Shown here one piece after another: positions 32,044 to 42,072 of a stretch of DNA of 64,000 nucleotides (its first letter is position 1; every line of letters starts with the position of its first letter). The notes under the pieces were generated by a model. The model was not told the origin of the DNA and ran no database searches. It saw only the letters and a list, made by a program, of their open reading frames with translations. Location of the stretch: positions 62,001 through 126,000 of IMG/VR virus record IMGVR_UViG_3300025309_000006; one strand, 5' to 3'. A program made the translations under genes and the position numbers.

Positions 32044-32286
32044 ATGGCAACTTCTATCGTATCTTCGAATGATTTTTACACTACAATTATTAACAATGAA
32101 ATTATAACATTTGAATCTCCATTATCTGGTATAACTATTGAAGCAAAAGATCAAATTTCTATTAAAATTAATAATTCAGATACTATGGCTACTTCTTTTT
32201 TAATCATTACTGATGCATTAATTAATTCAATGCAAATTATGTCTCCTAGTGGAACACAAGTTAAGTGGTATGGTACAGCTTTTTAG
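32044..32286 (+). CDS. Small putative structural protein
   Basis: RBS AAGGAGGTG; beta-rich. Confidence 0.5.
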   Translation: MATSIVSSNDFYTTIINNEIITFESPLSGITIEAKDQISIKINNSDTMATSFLIITDALINSMQIMSPSGTQVKWYGTAF

Positions 32287-32339
32287 TTTCGTTTTAATAA
32301 ACAAAATAAATAAATACATAAAAGAAAGGTCGTGTTTTT

Positions 32340-33053
32340 GTGGCTTTAATAGAATTAGGAACTCTTAGGGATTATTGGAAGAAAGTATATGACAGTATCA
32401 TAGCACATGATGCTGTTGATTCAGGAGATCCCCTTAAAATTGGTGGGAAAGCGTCTACTGATGCACCGACTGCTGTATCAGTAGGCGACAGAGTTAATGC
32501 GTGGTTTGATTTAAATGGAAGATTAATGGTTAAAAATGATCAGTCTTTACCAACTGGAGCATCAACAGAAGCAAAACAGGATACTTTAATAGCAAAAGAT
32601 TTTGCTACTCAAACAACTTTGGCATCATTATTGGCAAAAGTAATATCTGCTCCTGCAACAGAAGCTAAACAGGATACAATTATTACATACGTAGATCAAT
32701 TAGAAACAATATTAACTGCAATTAAGGATACAGCGGGAATAAAAAAAATAACAGATCCTATTATTATTGCCGATAAAGAAGCAACTGCTTTTGAACAAGT
32801 AACTGTAGATAATACAGCAGGAGGAACTATTTTAACTTCTGCAACTTATGCAACAAATACAAAAGCTTACATAACAGTAGAAAATAATAATATTAGATTT
32901 AGAATTGATGGTGGAATACCAACTGCAACATTAGGCCACTTAGTAGCAATGGGAAGTTTAATTGAGTTAAATAGTAATAGTGATATTGTTAATTTTAAGG
33001 GTATTGCAATTTCTGAAACAAGTGCTGTACTAAATTGTACTTATTTAAGTTAA
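32340..33053 (+). CDS. Putative tail appendage protein
   Basis: ATEAKQDT repeats; NIRFRIDG..PTAT.GH motif. Confidence 0.55.
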   Translation: MALIELGTLRDYWKKVYDSIIAHDAVDSGDPLKIGGKASTDAPTAVSVGDRVNAWFDLNGRLMVKNDQSLPTGASTEAKQDTLIAKDFATQTTLASLLAKVISAPATEAKQDTIITYVDQLETILTAIKDTAGIKKITDPIIIADKEATAFEQVTVDNTAGGTILTSATYATNTKAYITVENNNIRFRIDGGIPTATLGHLVAMGSLIELNSNSDIVNFKGIAISETSAVLNCTYLS

Positions 33054-33117
33054 TAAGAAAGAATTTTTTAAATAACTAATAAGCAAATATAAAATAATAA
33101 TAAGGAGGAATTATAAA

Positions 33118-33471
33118 ATGGGATTTATTACAAATCCAAGTCCAGTTTTAGGAAACGACCCTAATAATTTACCCAAACAAATGTCTGTTACTGAGAGTGG
33201 TGTAGTGAACGTATCTGTAAATGGGAGTTTACCGAACCAAACTTTAGCAGAACAACTCACTGACGTTGATGCAGTAGTCAATGTTTTAACCTTTTCTGCA
33301 AACATAGAAGCAATTGAGATATATCACGAAGAAGCAACTTGGCAAACATTCATAGTTAACGGATTAACGATTATTGTCCCTGCTGGTGGTTATCGAACTC
33401 CTATTGCTGGTGTAGTTGGTTTAACTGTTACTATCCCTGCTATATCATGCATTGTAGGGAGGTTGGTATAA
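33118..33471 (+). CDS. Putative structural protein
   Basis: RBS AAGGAGG; coupled to the next gene. Confidence 0.55.
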   Translation: MGFITNPSPVLGNDPNNLPKQMSVTESGVVNVSVNGSLPNQTLAEQLTDVDAVVNVLTFSANIEAIEIYHEEATWQTFIVNGLTIIVPAGGYRTPIAGVVGLTVTIPAISCIVGRLV

Positions 33472-33473
33472 AA

Positions 33474-35537
33474 ATGTTTGGATATAATCCACCACCTATC
33501 GAAAGTTCTTACCCTCGTGTGTCTGGGGAAAAAATCATAAAGAAACATCGCATTCTCTTTGTTGGGCCACATCAAACGTTAGGCGCAAGCCATATGCCTT
33601 TGCCAATCGAAGCGTTCCAAGGTGGGTATTTGTGCGAAGTATGTTCGTGGGAATCACTTGTTTTTAATGCAAATGATTGGAAAAATGAAGTTGATGTTAT
33701 AGTAATAAATACTCAATCAGAATTATGTATTACTAATTTTGTAACGGGGGTTGAAATAAAAACAGCGATTAGTACAATGATGTCTGCTGGAGTAAAGTTG
33801 ATTCTTTTTTTAGGTGATGCAACTTATAATATTAGGGTTTTTGCTGCCGATGGAACATATACAAGTACTAGTTTGGCGAGTTTATTAGGTGGCCTATCGT
33901 CTGGCCCTTCAAAAAACTTTTCTGCACAAACTGGAACATTTCAACATAGTGACCCCTATCCATTTGGGACTACGGAAATATTACAATCAGGGATTATCCC
34001 TTCAACTTCTGGAAGCTTGGATCTTATCGCTAGTGATCCATTGGTTGTTTTCCCCGTTAAAGCTGTTCAGAGTGAAGTTGTTGCAAAAATGGTTGCCTAT
34101 AAACCTAATTCATTTTTCGTAGTAGCACATGGAGGTGGTTCGGGAGCAACGGCAAGTGTTCAAGCGTATTGGAAATACGTGAAAAGTAACGTACTGATAG
34201 ATATCTTGCTTGGTAAGGATAATAACGCAAGATTAGCACTAGATGCTCAAAATGGCAGGAAAATAGCAGCGTTAGGCGTTGATCTGGACGTTACTACAGA
34301 CCTTGCGGCAGCACAATCACTACATGAATCGTTTGGATCAAATATTCCCATGGAGTGGGGTCTAGTTGCTGATAATGTTACAGATGATGTAGCGGGATTT
34401 TATCGAGGACTGCCCGGTATAACGAGACTCGTATCACATACTAAATCCCACTATAACACTGTTATTACGGTTACGGATGAATTGCATACAATACCATCAA
34501 GTCAATTAGTAAGGCTTAACAGGCCTTTTAAAGCTATGTTGACATCCGTAAAAACTGTTGATGATGTAACCACGTTTACTAGAAAAACGGGGGATATAAT
34601 TAGAACGGGTTCAGACGTTGGTAAATATGTAATAAATGGAGCAACCGACATAGGATCAGTAGGGCAGTTGCTTGACGGGTATCTTAAATTTAATTCTGCA
34701 GATGTAGGCAAACAATTGAAAATCACTTATACATGCAGTGATGAAGCTGCAGAGGTTATAGGTAGTTTAAATACATTGAAGGCTAAAGGTGCATTGACCA
34801 AGTCTGTCGTGTACACGACGATGGGTGCCCATTCTGTTGAACCTTCATCACTTTTAATGGCAGAAGAAGAAGAGGTAATTATTGCTGACTATCTACCGTT
34901 TCCATCATATTCACGGGCTTGGCATACTTCTAGAACTCAGAAAAAGATGCCTTTCATGCTTGGAACTACATTGCAATCAGTGGCGACATGGAATTCTTCG
35001 AATGATTCAAGTTGGTATCAGACTACTAAAGCTGATGCGAAAGTAACATATATAACTGATGCTATTACTAGGTGTAATTCATTGGATATACCATATGTAT
35101 TCTACATGCACGATTTTCCGATATCTGAAACTGCTTTGGGTGGTGCATGGTTAGGTGCTGGATACGCTGACTGGAAGAAAGCGTCATATGAAGAAACTAA
35201 AGCATATTTGCAGGAAATGTACACTTGGGTAATTGCCCAATTAGTCGCACAAAATCCGTTCTGGATGACGAGGGGGGAATATGTTGAAAGATATTATTAC
35301 CTCAATAAATATCTTTCTTATGATATTGTAGAAGCCAATAATGGATATAAAATTTCCGTTAAAAATAATGGGAGAAAAGATATTAAGGGGATTACTCTTA
35401 GACTTCCATTCGACTCTGATCCAACCGTTGTTAGATTGCTAAATGGAGCCGATGTATTCAGTTCTTACACAAATGAAGTAAAAACTGTATGGTTTGATTT
35501 AGTGGCGGGGAGTTCTTCTGTGTTAATGGTTCACTAA
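33474..35537 (+). CDS. Polysaccharide deacetylase-like (NodB/CE4 fold) multidomain protein
   Basis: LGVDLD, LVSHTKSH, FYMHD, WMT..EY motifs; start after GGGAGG; visibly higher GC than its neighbours. Confidence 0.55.
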   Translation: MFGYNPPPIESSYPRVSGEKIIKKHRILFVGPHQTLGASHMPLPIEAFQGGYLCEVCSWESLVFNANDWKNEVDVIVINTQSELCITNFVTGVEIKTAISTMMSAGVKLILFLGDATYNIRVFAADGTYTSTSLASLLGGLSSGPSKNFSAQTGTFQHSDPYPFGTTEILQSGIIPSTSGSLDLIASDPLVVFPVKAVQSEVVAKMVAYKPNSFFVVAHGGGSGATASVQAYWKYVKSNVLIDILLGKDNNARLALDAQNGRKIAALGVDLDVTTDLAAAQSLHESFGSNIPMEWGLVADNVTDDVAGFYRGLPGITRLVSHTKSHYNTVITVTDELHTIPSSQLVRLNRPFKAMLTSVKTVDDVTTFTRKTGDIIRTGSDVGKYVINGATDIGSVGQLLDGYLKFNSADVGKQLKITYTCSDEAAEVIGSLNTLKAKGALTKSVVYTTMGAHSVEPSSLLMAEEEEVIIADYLPFPSYSRAWHTSRTQKKMPFMLGTTLQSVATWNSSNDSSWYQTTKADAKVTYITDAITRCNSLDIPYVFYMHDFPISETALGGAWLGAGYADWKKASYEETKAYLQEMYTWVIAQLVAQNPFWMTRGEYVERYYYLNKYLSYDIVEANNGYKISVKNNGRKDIKGITLRLPFDSDPTVVRLLNGADVFSSYTNEVKTVWFDLVAGSSSVLMVH

Positions 35538-35784
35538 TCTTCGCTAAAGACTGCTAAATCGAAGGTTGGTAAAAACAACTAATAATTCAAAGAGAGTGTA
35601 AACATACACTCTCTAATTTTATACTTATTTAATTATATTTATAATATAGTTAATTTTAACAACCGTTTAAAAACTTGATTCTCTAGGGTATTAAATTATT
35701 TTAAAAATTAAATAAAACATATAACAAAAAGAGGGTAAATCTACTACCCTCTCTATTTTCTATGTCTAAAAAGGAGGATTTAAT

Positions 35785-35952
35785 ATGAATGTTTATAATT
35801 GTTTTTCACAAAAATTAGCAGGGTTTCTCCTTATAAATGGATTTTCAATTACAGGTATCAAATCAGATTTAAAAAATACAGGTAGAACTATTTACTTATT
35901 TCAAAATAGTGAATATCTTCAATTGGCGATTAAAAAATATAAAACTGTTTAA
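35785..35952 (+). CDS. DUF5659-like small protein (55 aa, not in ORF track)
   Basis: MNVYNCFSQKLAGFLLINGF...TIYLFQNSEYLQLAIKKY; RBS AAGGAGG. Confidence 0.75.
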   Translation: MNVYNCFSQKLAGFLLINGFSITGIKSDLKNTGRTIYLFQNSEYLQLAIKKYKTV

Positions 35953-36485
35953 TAAAAGAAAGAAGGTCTGTTTAAAAAATGTCTAAAAGAATAAATTGGA
36001 AAGCAACAAAAACATATGATGAGTATATAGAAATGTTTAAATCTGCGTGTGAAGAACTAGGTAGGTCTATTACTCCTTCAGAATTAGAAAAGCATAAATT
36101 TGATTTACCATCTGCTATATGGTTAGTTAAAAATTATCCACACGATACTATAAAAACATATGATGATTTTCTTAAGTATTTAGGGTTTGAACCAATAAAG
36201 AAGCATAATAAACATAAAAAGTACAATTTTGAAATCGCTTTTGAAGAATTTGCAAAAAGAGGACTTTATTTACCGCCACAAGAGTATACAAGTTGTGCAA
36301 TAAAAATGAAATTTATTTGTCCTCATCATCCAGATATTATTCAAAAGAAATCACTAAATAGTATAATATTTGGGAGAAAAGCAAAACACCCAGAATATAA
36401 TTACAATATGTGTAATTTATGCTTTAAAGAAAGACAAAAAGGCGAGATAAGTAATGCTTGGAAAGGAGGTTAATAAAAGTAGACA

Positions 36486-36681
36486 AATAATTATTCTTTA
36501 TAAAGATAGACTTCTTAGATTTGGTTTTGAATTAATAGAAGATTTAATTCAAATTATTACTGTATTTAGTTGCAGACTTCAAGGGAAACGAGCAAACAGA
36601 ACTAGAAAAATGATTGATGATTTAATTAAGGAAGGAGATGAGGAAATTGATAAAGGGAATCAAAGTGATGCTTGTACCTAA
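36486..36681 (+). pseudogene. tnpA: Truncated IS607 serine recombinase TnpA
   Basis: ILYKDRLLRFGFELI|EDLIQIITVFSCRLQGKR; lacks the N-terminal HTH and catalytic Ser and has an internal deletion. Confidence 0.85.
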
Positions 36682-37828
36682 CAATAAGCAGAATACATTA
36701 ATGTTTCAAAATGCTGGAGTTAAAAGATGGGCTTTCAATTGGGCATTAGGTAGAGAAAAGGAAAATTATGCTAATGGTGGTAAGTTTATTTCTGATAATG
36801 ATCTTAGGAAAGAATTAACTCAATTAAAGCAAACTAAAGAGTTTAGTTGGTTAAACAATGTTTCTAATAATGTACCTAAACAGGCAGTTAAAGATGCTTG
36901 CATTGCATATCAGAGATTCTTTAAAGGTCAAGCAAAATTCCCTAAGTTCAAAACTCGAAAGAAATCTCCTCCTAAATTTTATCAAGACAATATTAAAATT
37001 CAATTCACATCTACTCATGTTAAATTTGAAGGATTTGCTAAAAGTAAAAAGGCAAATAAGCAAAAGTTGAACTGGGTGAGATTAGCTGAACACAATAGAA
37101 TTCCTTTTGGTAAAGATGTTAAGTATATTAATCCAAGAGTGTCGTTTGATGGTTTAAATTGGTTTATTAGCGTAGGGATTGAATATCCTGATAATGTTGA
37201 AACTCCATTAAATGAAGGAATTGGCATTGATTTAGGAATTAAAGATTTAGCGATATGTTCTGATGAAAAAACTTATGGGAATATCAATAAAAATAAGAAA
37301 ATGAAACGATTAGAAAAGCAAAAGAAGCGATTACAAAGACAAGTTTCTAAGAAATATGAAGATAACCGTGATGGTTTGAAATATATTAAAACCAAGAATA
37401 TTATTAAGTTGGAACTTAAGATAAAATCAGTTCAGCATAAACTTAATGGCACTAGAGATAATTATCTCCATCAAACAACTTCTGAGATAGTGGGACGAGA
37501 ACCAAGTCATATTACTATTGAAGATTTGAACATTCAAGGAATGATGAAGAACAGAAACCTATCCAAAGCAATTCAACAACAATCTTTGTATGAATTTGGT
37601 AGACAGTTGAAGTATAAAGGATTGTGGAATCATATTGAGATTAGAATTGCTGACAGATGGTATCCAAGCTCAAAGACATGTCATGATTGTGGTAAAGTTA
37701 ACAAGTTGTTAAATTTAAATGACAGAGAATGGGTTTGTACTGGTTGTGGAAGTATTTTAGACAGGGATTATAATGCTTCATTAAATTTAAGAGATACTAA
37801 CAATTACAAGATATTTAAAGTAGTATAG
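36638..37828 (+). CDS. tnpB: RNA-guided endonuclease TnpB
   Basis: RuvC D (GIDLG), E (IEDL), D (DRDYNAS); Zn finger CHDC...CTGC. Confidence 0.92.
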   Translation: MRKLIKGIKVMLVPNNKQNTLMFQNAGVKRWAFNWALGREKENYANGGKFISDNDLRKELTQLKQTKEFSWLNNVSNNVPKQAVKDACIAYQRFFKGQAKFPKFKTRKKSPPKFYQDNIKIQFTSTHVKFEGFAKSKKANKQKLNWVRLAEHNRIPFGKDVKYINPRVSFDGLNWFISVGIEYPDNVETPLNEGIGIDLGIKDLAICSDEKTYGNINKNKKMKRLEKQKKRLQRQVSKKYEDNRDGLKYIKTKNIIKLELKIKSVQHKLNGTRDNYLHQTTSEIVGREPSHITIEDLNIQGMMKNRNLSKAIQQQSLYEFGRQLKYKGLWNHIEIRIADRWYPSSKTCHDCGKVNKLLNLNDREWVCTGCGSILDRDYNASLNLRDTNNYKIFKVV

Positions 37829-37996
37829 GTAAAAACATATACTCGGACGTTGCCGAGGAATTTAAGCTCTTGGAGTGTTAAGCAACTTGAGTAGCATTAG
37901 AAATAATGTGAAAAAGAACACGATGAATGGAAAATGAAACATAGAGTTATAACTTATTTGTTTAATTTATAACTTCTTATAAGTTTTCAGTAACGG
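37829..37996 (+). ncRNA. Putative TnpB omega-RNA scaffold (guide = flank from 37997)
   Basis: Non-coding right end after tnpB with hairpins (CTCGG-ACGTTG-CCGAG); location expected from TnpB biology. Confidence 0.65.
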
Positions 37997-38421
37997 TTAT
38001 TCTTCATTAAATATCTTATTAAGAGAACATATTGATCAATGGAAAAAAGATTCTATGATAAATTGTAACTACAAATGCGTAATAACAGGTGAAAATTTCG
38101 ATATAATTCATCATTTATATTCATTTAATAAAATAATCAGGGAAGTGATGGAGAAAACAAAATTGCCAGTTTATACAATGGTAAATAAGTATACAGATGA
38201 AGAATTAGACTTGATAAAACAAACAAATATTAAAATACATAATAAATATCCTTTAGGGGTTTGTCTGAGAAAAGATATACATAATTTATACCACCATATT
38301 TATGGGGATGACAATACACATGAACAATTTGAGGAGTTTAAAATAAGATATAATTCCGAAGAGTTTAAGAATGTAATATAATTTAATGTAAATAAAAATT
38401 TTATAAGAAGGTGAAATAAAA

Positions 38422-39276
38422 GTGAAAATATTTATTAACGCTGGTCATGGCCCAAAAGGAGTTAATAGTTCAGATTCAAATGGAATAGATCCAGGAGCAA
38501 TTGGAGCAACAGGATATAAAGAATACATAGAAACAAAAGAAATAGCAGATTTAGTATCTACAAAACTGAAATTTAATGGACTTGAAACATTAGTAATTCA
38601 AGATGGTGATTTATGGGATGTAACAAATCAGTCAAATGCTTGGAAAAGTGATTATTTTATTAGTATACACTGTAATTCGTACTCAGATTCTTCGGCAAAT
38701 GGTGTAGAAATTTTTTCATTAGCAACTACAGGGAAAGGTAGAGCACTAGCACAATCAGTACATAAAGAACTCATTCCTGCTACTGGATTGTTTGACAGAG
38801 GTTTAAAAACAGCAAATTACTATGTACTTAGGGAAACTGATTGCCCTGCTATTTTAACAGAAATTGGATTTATTTCTAATCCTAAAGAAGAAGCATTAAT
38901 GAAAGATTCTACATGGGATGATAAGGTTTCGAGTGCTATAGCAAGAGGAATTTGTAATTTTATTGGATTGGCTTATAAAGAGCAAATTGTTCAAACTATT
39001 CAGTCAACAATAAATAATAGTCAAGGAGATGATAATGTATTAAATGCTGTGCTTGGTTTCTCTCTCAATGACTTAGGTGCTTGTATGTTAGTTTCTCAGA
39101 AATTAAATAATTGTGCAATTTACTTTAGAAACACAGATAAGACTTTTAATCAAGATTGCTTAAAAGCCGATACTTTATATGTTGTAGGAGGAAGTACAGT
39201 TGGACATAAAAAAGAGAAATTGCTATCTGGTAAAGAAGCAAAAGATACATTGCAAAAAGTTGTAGATATTTTGTAA
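38422..39276 (+). CDS. Endolysin, N-acetylmuramoyl-L-alanine amidase (Amidase_3)
   Basis: IFINAGHG...E...FISIHCNS...PAILTEIGFISN; C-terminal cell-wall-binding domain (LYVVGG). Confidence 0.92.
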   Translation: MKIFINAGHGPKGVNSSDSNGIDPGAIGATGYKEYIETKEIADLVSTKLKFNGLETLVIQDGDLWDVTNQSNAWKSDYFISIHCNSYSDSSANGVEIFSLATTGKGRALAQSVHKELIPATGLFDRGLKTANYYVLRETDCPAILTEIGFISNPKEEALMKDSTWDDKVSSAIARGICNFIGLAYKEQIVQTIQSTINNSQGDDNVLNAVLGFSLNDLGACMLVSQKLNNCAIYFRNTDKTFNQDCLKADTLYVVGGSTVGHKKEKLLSGKEAKDTLQKVVDIL

Positions 39277-39457
39277 TTTGTATTGTAATTTAATTATTTA
39301 TATATTCAGTTGTCATATATGTAGGTGGCAGATATTTACTGAATTGCCCTCAGTTTTTTATCTGCCGAATCCTGATTGTAATGTTAGTAGCACTACAACC
39401 ATTAATTCATTATACCATACAAAATAAATTTAGTAAAGAGGAGGGCAAGTATTATTT

Positions 39458-39871
39458 ATGGAAAATATAGCGAAAGAGGTGTTGGAAGTGGATGAGAAAG
39501 AGGTAAAAATAATTCTTGACGATCATGGAACCCGTATTCAAAAATTAGAACTTGATAATGTATTTATAAAAGAAAAATTGAATTCAATATCTTCACAAGT
39601 AATTGATACAAAAGATGAGGTTAGTGATCTTAAATCTGCTGTAGCAAGATTAGAATCAACTGTATTGACAACTAATAATTCCATTTTAACAACTCTAACA
39701 CAAGTCGTCACCAATACTTCGAACAATCAAACACAGATAGTAACAACTACAAGCTCAAATAAGAAGGATATAATTATAAATTCTATTAAAATTGGAGGAT
39801 CAATTGTAGTAATTATAATTTTAGGTTTATTTGCAGCAAAAGGAATTAGTGTAACAGTTCCAATATTTTAG
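39458..39871 (+). CDS. XhlA-like/holin-associated coiled-coil membrane protein
   Basis: LDDHGTRIQKLE coiled coil, single C-terminal TM, within the lysis cassette. Confidence 0.6.
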   Translation: MENIAKEVLEVDEKEVKIILDDHGTRIQKLELDNVFIKEKLNSISSQVIDTKDEVSDLKSAVARLESTVLTTNNSILTTLTQVVTNTSNNQTQIVTTTSSNKKDIIINSIKIGGSIVVIIILGLFAAKGISVTVPIF

Positions 39872-39930
39872 TATTTAATAGATAAAATTAAATAAAATAA
39901 AATAATTAAAAGAAAGAAGGTAAATATATT

Positions 39931-40116
39931 ATGCAAAATCAAAATAGATTCAAATCATGGGGATTATGGCTCTCAGTTGCTTCACTTGTAACGTTTGTTA
40001 GTAAGACTTATATTGGATATGAAATTCCTCAAGCTGATGAATTGGTTAATTTAATTCTTGTAACTTTAACTGGATTTGGGATTCTTAATAATCCTAGTGA
40101 TGGAGATAAATTTTAA
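39931..40116 (+). CDS. Holin
   Basis: QNRFKSWGLWLSVASLV...GILNNPS two-TM holin signature. Confidence 0.85.
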   Translation: MQNQNRFKSWGLWLSVASLVTFVSKTYIGYEIPQADELVNLILVTLTGFGILNNPSDGDKF

Positions 40117-40171
40117 TTAAATTATAATTTATTTAGATTGTAAACCAATAAACCCTAATTATTACAAATAT

Positions 40172-40250
40172 AAACACTCTCTAAGCGTTTAGAAATGTCT
40201 CTACCATACAAACTTACACAACATCAATTCAAACAGCTTAGAGAGTGTTT
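40172..40250. repeat. 15-bp perfect inverted repeat with 49-bp spacer
   Basis: AAACACTCTCTAAGC ... GCTTAGAGAGTGTTT. Confidence 0.75.
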
Positions 40251-40459
40251 TCTGTGGATATTAGATTATTGTGGGCCTGAAAAGTGTTGCTATGATTGGG
40301 TTTTAAAATGTGTCTGACTGACAAGAATTTTCAATTTTTAAGAGTTAATTCACTAAGGTCGCATTGGGTGTAATTAATTTAAAATGCTAATTTGATAGGG
40401 ATGGTTTGAGATTGTTTTGAGAGGGATTTATGAAAATAAATTTCCTCTCTTTATTTATG

Positions 40460-41071
40460 CTATCCATATTTTTCTTTTTGCTTTAACAGAGTTTTCTTTT
40501 TACGTTTACGATTTTGTTGCTCCTTTTTAATTTTACTATCCTTAACATTTTGTAATCGTTTCCATTTTGGTATTAAAATATATTCTTTATATTCTTCATA
40601 AGACATATTATCTTTTTCTATATTGCAATCGCCACAACAACAAACTAAATTATCTTCGTTGAATTCTCCACCTTTGCTCTTTGGAATTAAATGGTCAACA
40701 GTATCTCCTTTAACTCCACAATAATGACATTTATAATTGTCACGTTCATTAACATTGTATCTAACAATCCAACTCTCATCTTCATGATTTGGCATATAAA
40801 TTGTATCTGATTTATAAACCTGTGCTTTATCTTCATTTACTAAAGAAATGGCTTCATCAAGAGAGATTAACTTTTTGGAAATTAAATATTTACTTCTAAG
40901 AATTATGTTTTTCAAGGAGATATCTAAATTTTTTAATCCAATGTTTATACTTTTATATTCTATCATTTTATTCACAGCTTTTTCTATTTCACATTGAATA
41001 CATTGTTTTGTTTTAGAGCCTCTAAATTGAGAATCATCTTTTTCGATTTCGCATTTAGTGCATCTTCTCAT
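40460..41071 (-). CDS. HNH endonuclease
   Basis: RDNYKCHYCG...TVDHLIPKSKGG...NLVCCCGDCNIEK. Confidence 0.9.
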   Translation of the reverse strand: MRRCTKCEIEKDDSQFRGSKTKQCIQCEIEKAVNKMIEYKSINIGLKNLDISLKNIILRSKYLISKKLISLDEAISLVNEDKAQVYKSDTIYMPNHEDESWIVRYNVNERDNYKCHYCGVKGDTVDHLIPKSKGGEFNEDNLVCCCGDCNIEKDNMSYEEYKEYILIPKWKRLQNVKDSKIKKEQQNRKRKKKTLLKQKEKYG

Positions 41072-41406
41072 ATGGGGATACCTCCTTGGTAGGTGATTTT
41101 GGTTTTGTGGGTATATAAGTATTATATCGCATTTTTAATGGTTTTATAACTAGGGAGTTACAAGAGATGTGACTCTTTTTATTATGTAGAAAATTAATTT
41201 ACAAATCAAAGAACTACTTAGAGAGTAGTGAAAACTATTCTAACATTTCTTTCATTCTTATTTTATTAGTAAGAAACGGCGAAGAGAAGAGTTAGGATTT
41301 TCTTGACTTTTCTCTAAGTGATTTTTGTATATGGAAACAATTCTTCGCCGTTTTGTTTTTGTATTGAAATTACTAATAAAAATAAGAAAGAAGTGATAAA
41401 AATTAA

Positions 41407-42072
41407 ATGGAAAAGCAAATTTTAAATCACGTTAAACAATTAATACTTTTGCCAGATGGGATAAACACAACTGTTGAAATGGTTTCAGAATATTACGAAG
41501 TTAAAGACAATGCAATGCGTCATTTAATATTAAGACACAATGAAGAATTAAAAAATAGTGGATTATATGTCATAGAAGGAATTCAACTAAAATCATTTAA
41601 AATAATAAACAGTATAAAATCAAGAGCAAGATCATTAACTATTGTTCCAGTAAAAGCAATATTAAAATTTAGTACATTATTAGCCAGTTCTAATATCGCA
41701 CAAGAAGTCAGAGAAGAATTGGTAAAACAAAATCCTAAACTATATGAAGAGTTGACAAATGGGCATAGATTGCAATTTAAGAAATTTGAGCAAAAATATG
41801 AAGAATATTTAAATTTTTCTTTTGGAGTAGAAAATATTCAAAAGCAAGTAAATTGTGGTGGTTATCTGATAGATTTTGTGTTGTTTAATACTATAGCTAT
41901 AGAAATAGATGAGAATGGACATTCTTCATATTCTAATGAAAAAGAAATAATAAGAGAAAAACATATAAGAAGTGAAGGCTATAATATTGTTAGATTTAAC
42001 CCACATAAGCAAAAACCATATGAATTAATGGGGATGATATTAAAGATGACAGATGTCCTGCCAGGACTTTAG
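41407..42072 (+). CDS. Antirepressor-like DNA-binding domain fused to a DUF559-type endonuclease domain
   Basis: TVEMVSEYYEV...RHNEEL...S.IAQEVR; YLIDF...IAIEIDENGH...RE...IVRFNP. Confidence 0.7.
   Translation: MEKQILNHVKQLILLPDGINTTVEMVSEYYEVKDNAMRHLILRHNEELKNSGLYVIEGIQLKSFKIINSIKSRARSLTIVPVKAILKFSTLLASSNIAQEVREELVKQNPKLYEELTNGHRLQFKKFEQKYEEYLNFSFGVENIQKQVNCGGYLIDFVLFNTIAIEIDENGHSSYSNEKEIIREKHIRSEGYNIVRFNPHKQKPYELMGMILKMTDVLPGL

Larger units (their letters stand above)
36470..37996 (+). mobile_element. Non-autonomous IS607-family element (truncated tnpA, tnpB, omega-RNA)
   Basis: GG core at both junctions (GGAGG|TTAAT...CAGTAACGG|TTATT); serine-recombinase fragment; subterminal TTATAA repeats at the right end. 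Confidence 0.85.
35979..38381 (+). pseudogene. HNH-type homing endonuclease gene interrupted by an IS607 element
   Basis: Removing 36470-37996 gives an in-frame 291-aa ORF: ...NAWKGG|YSSLNILLREHIDQWKKDSMINCNYKCVITG...IHHL...GVCL...HNLYH. Confidence 0.85.

Noticed and set aside
36470-37996. IS607 element as an IStron (self-splicing)
   Set aside because: The left end runs into the tnpA fragment within ~20 bp, leaving no room for, and showing no sign of, a group I core.
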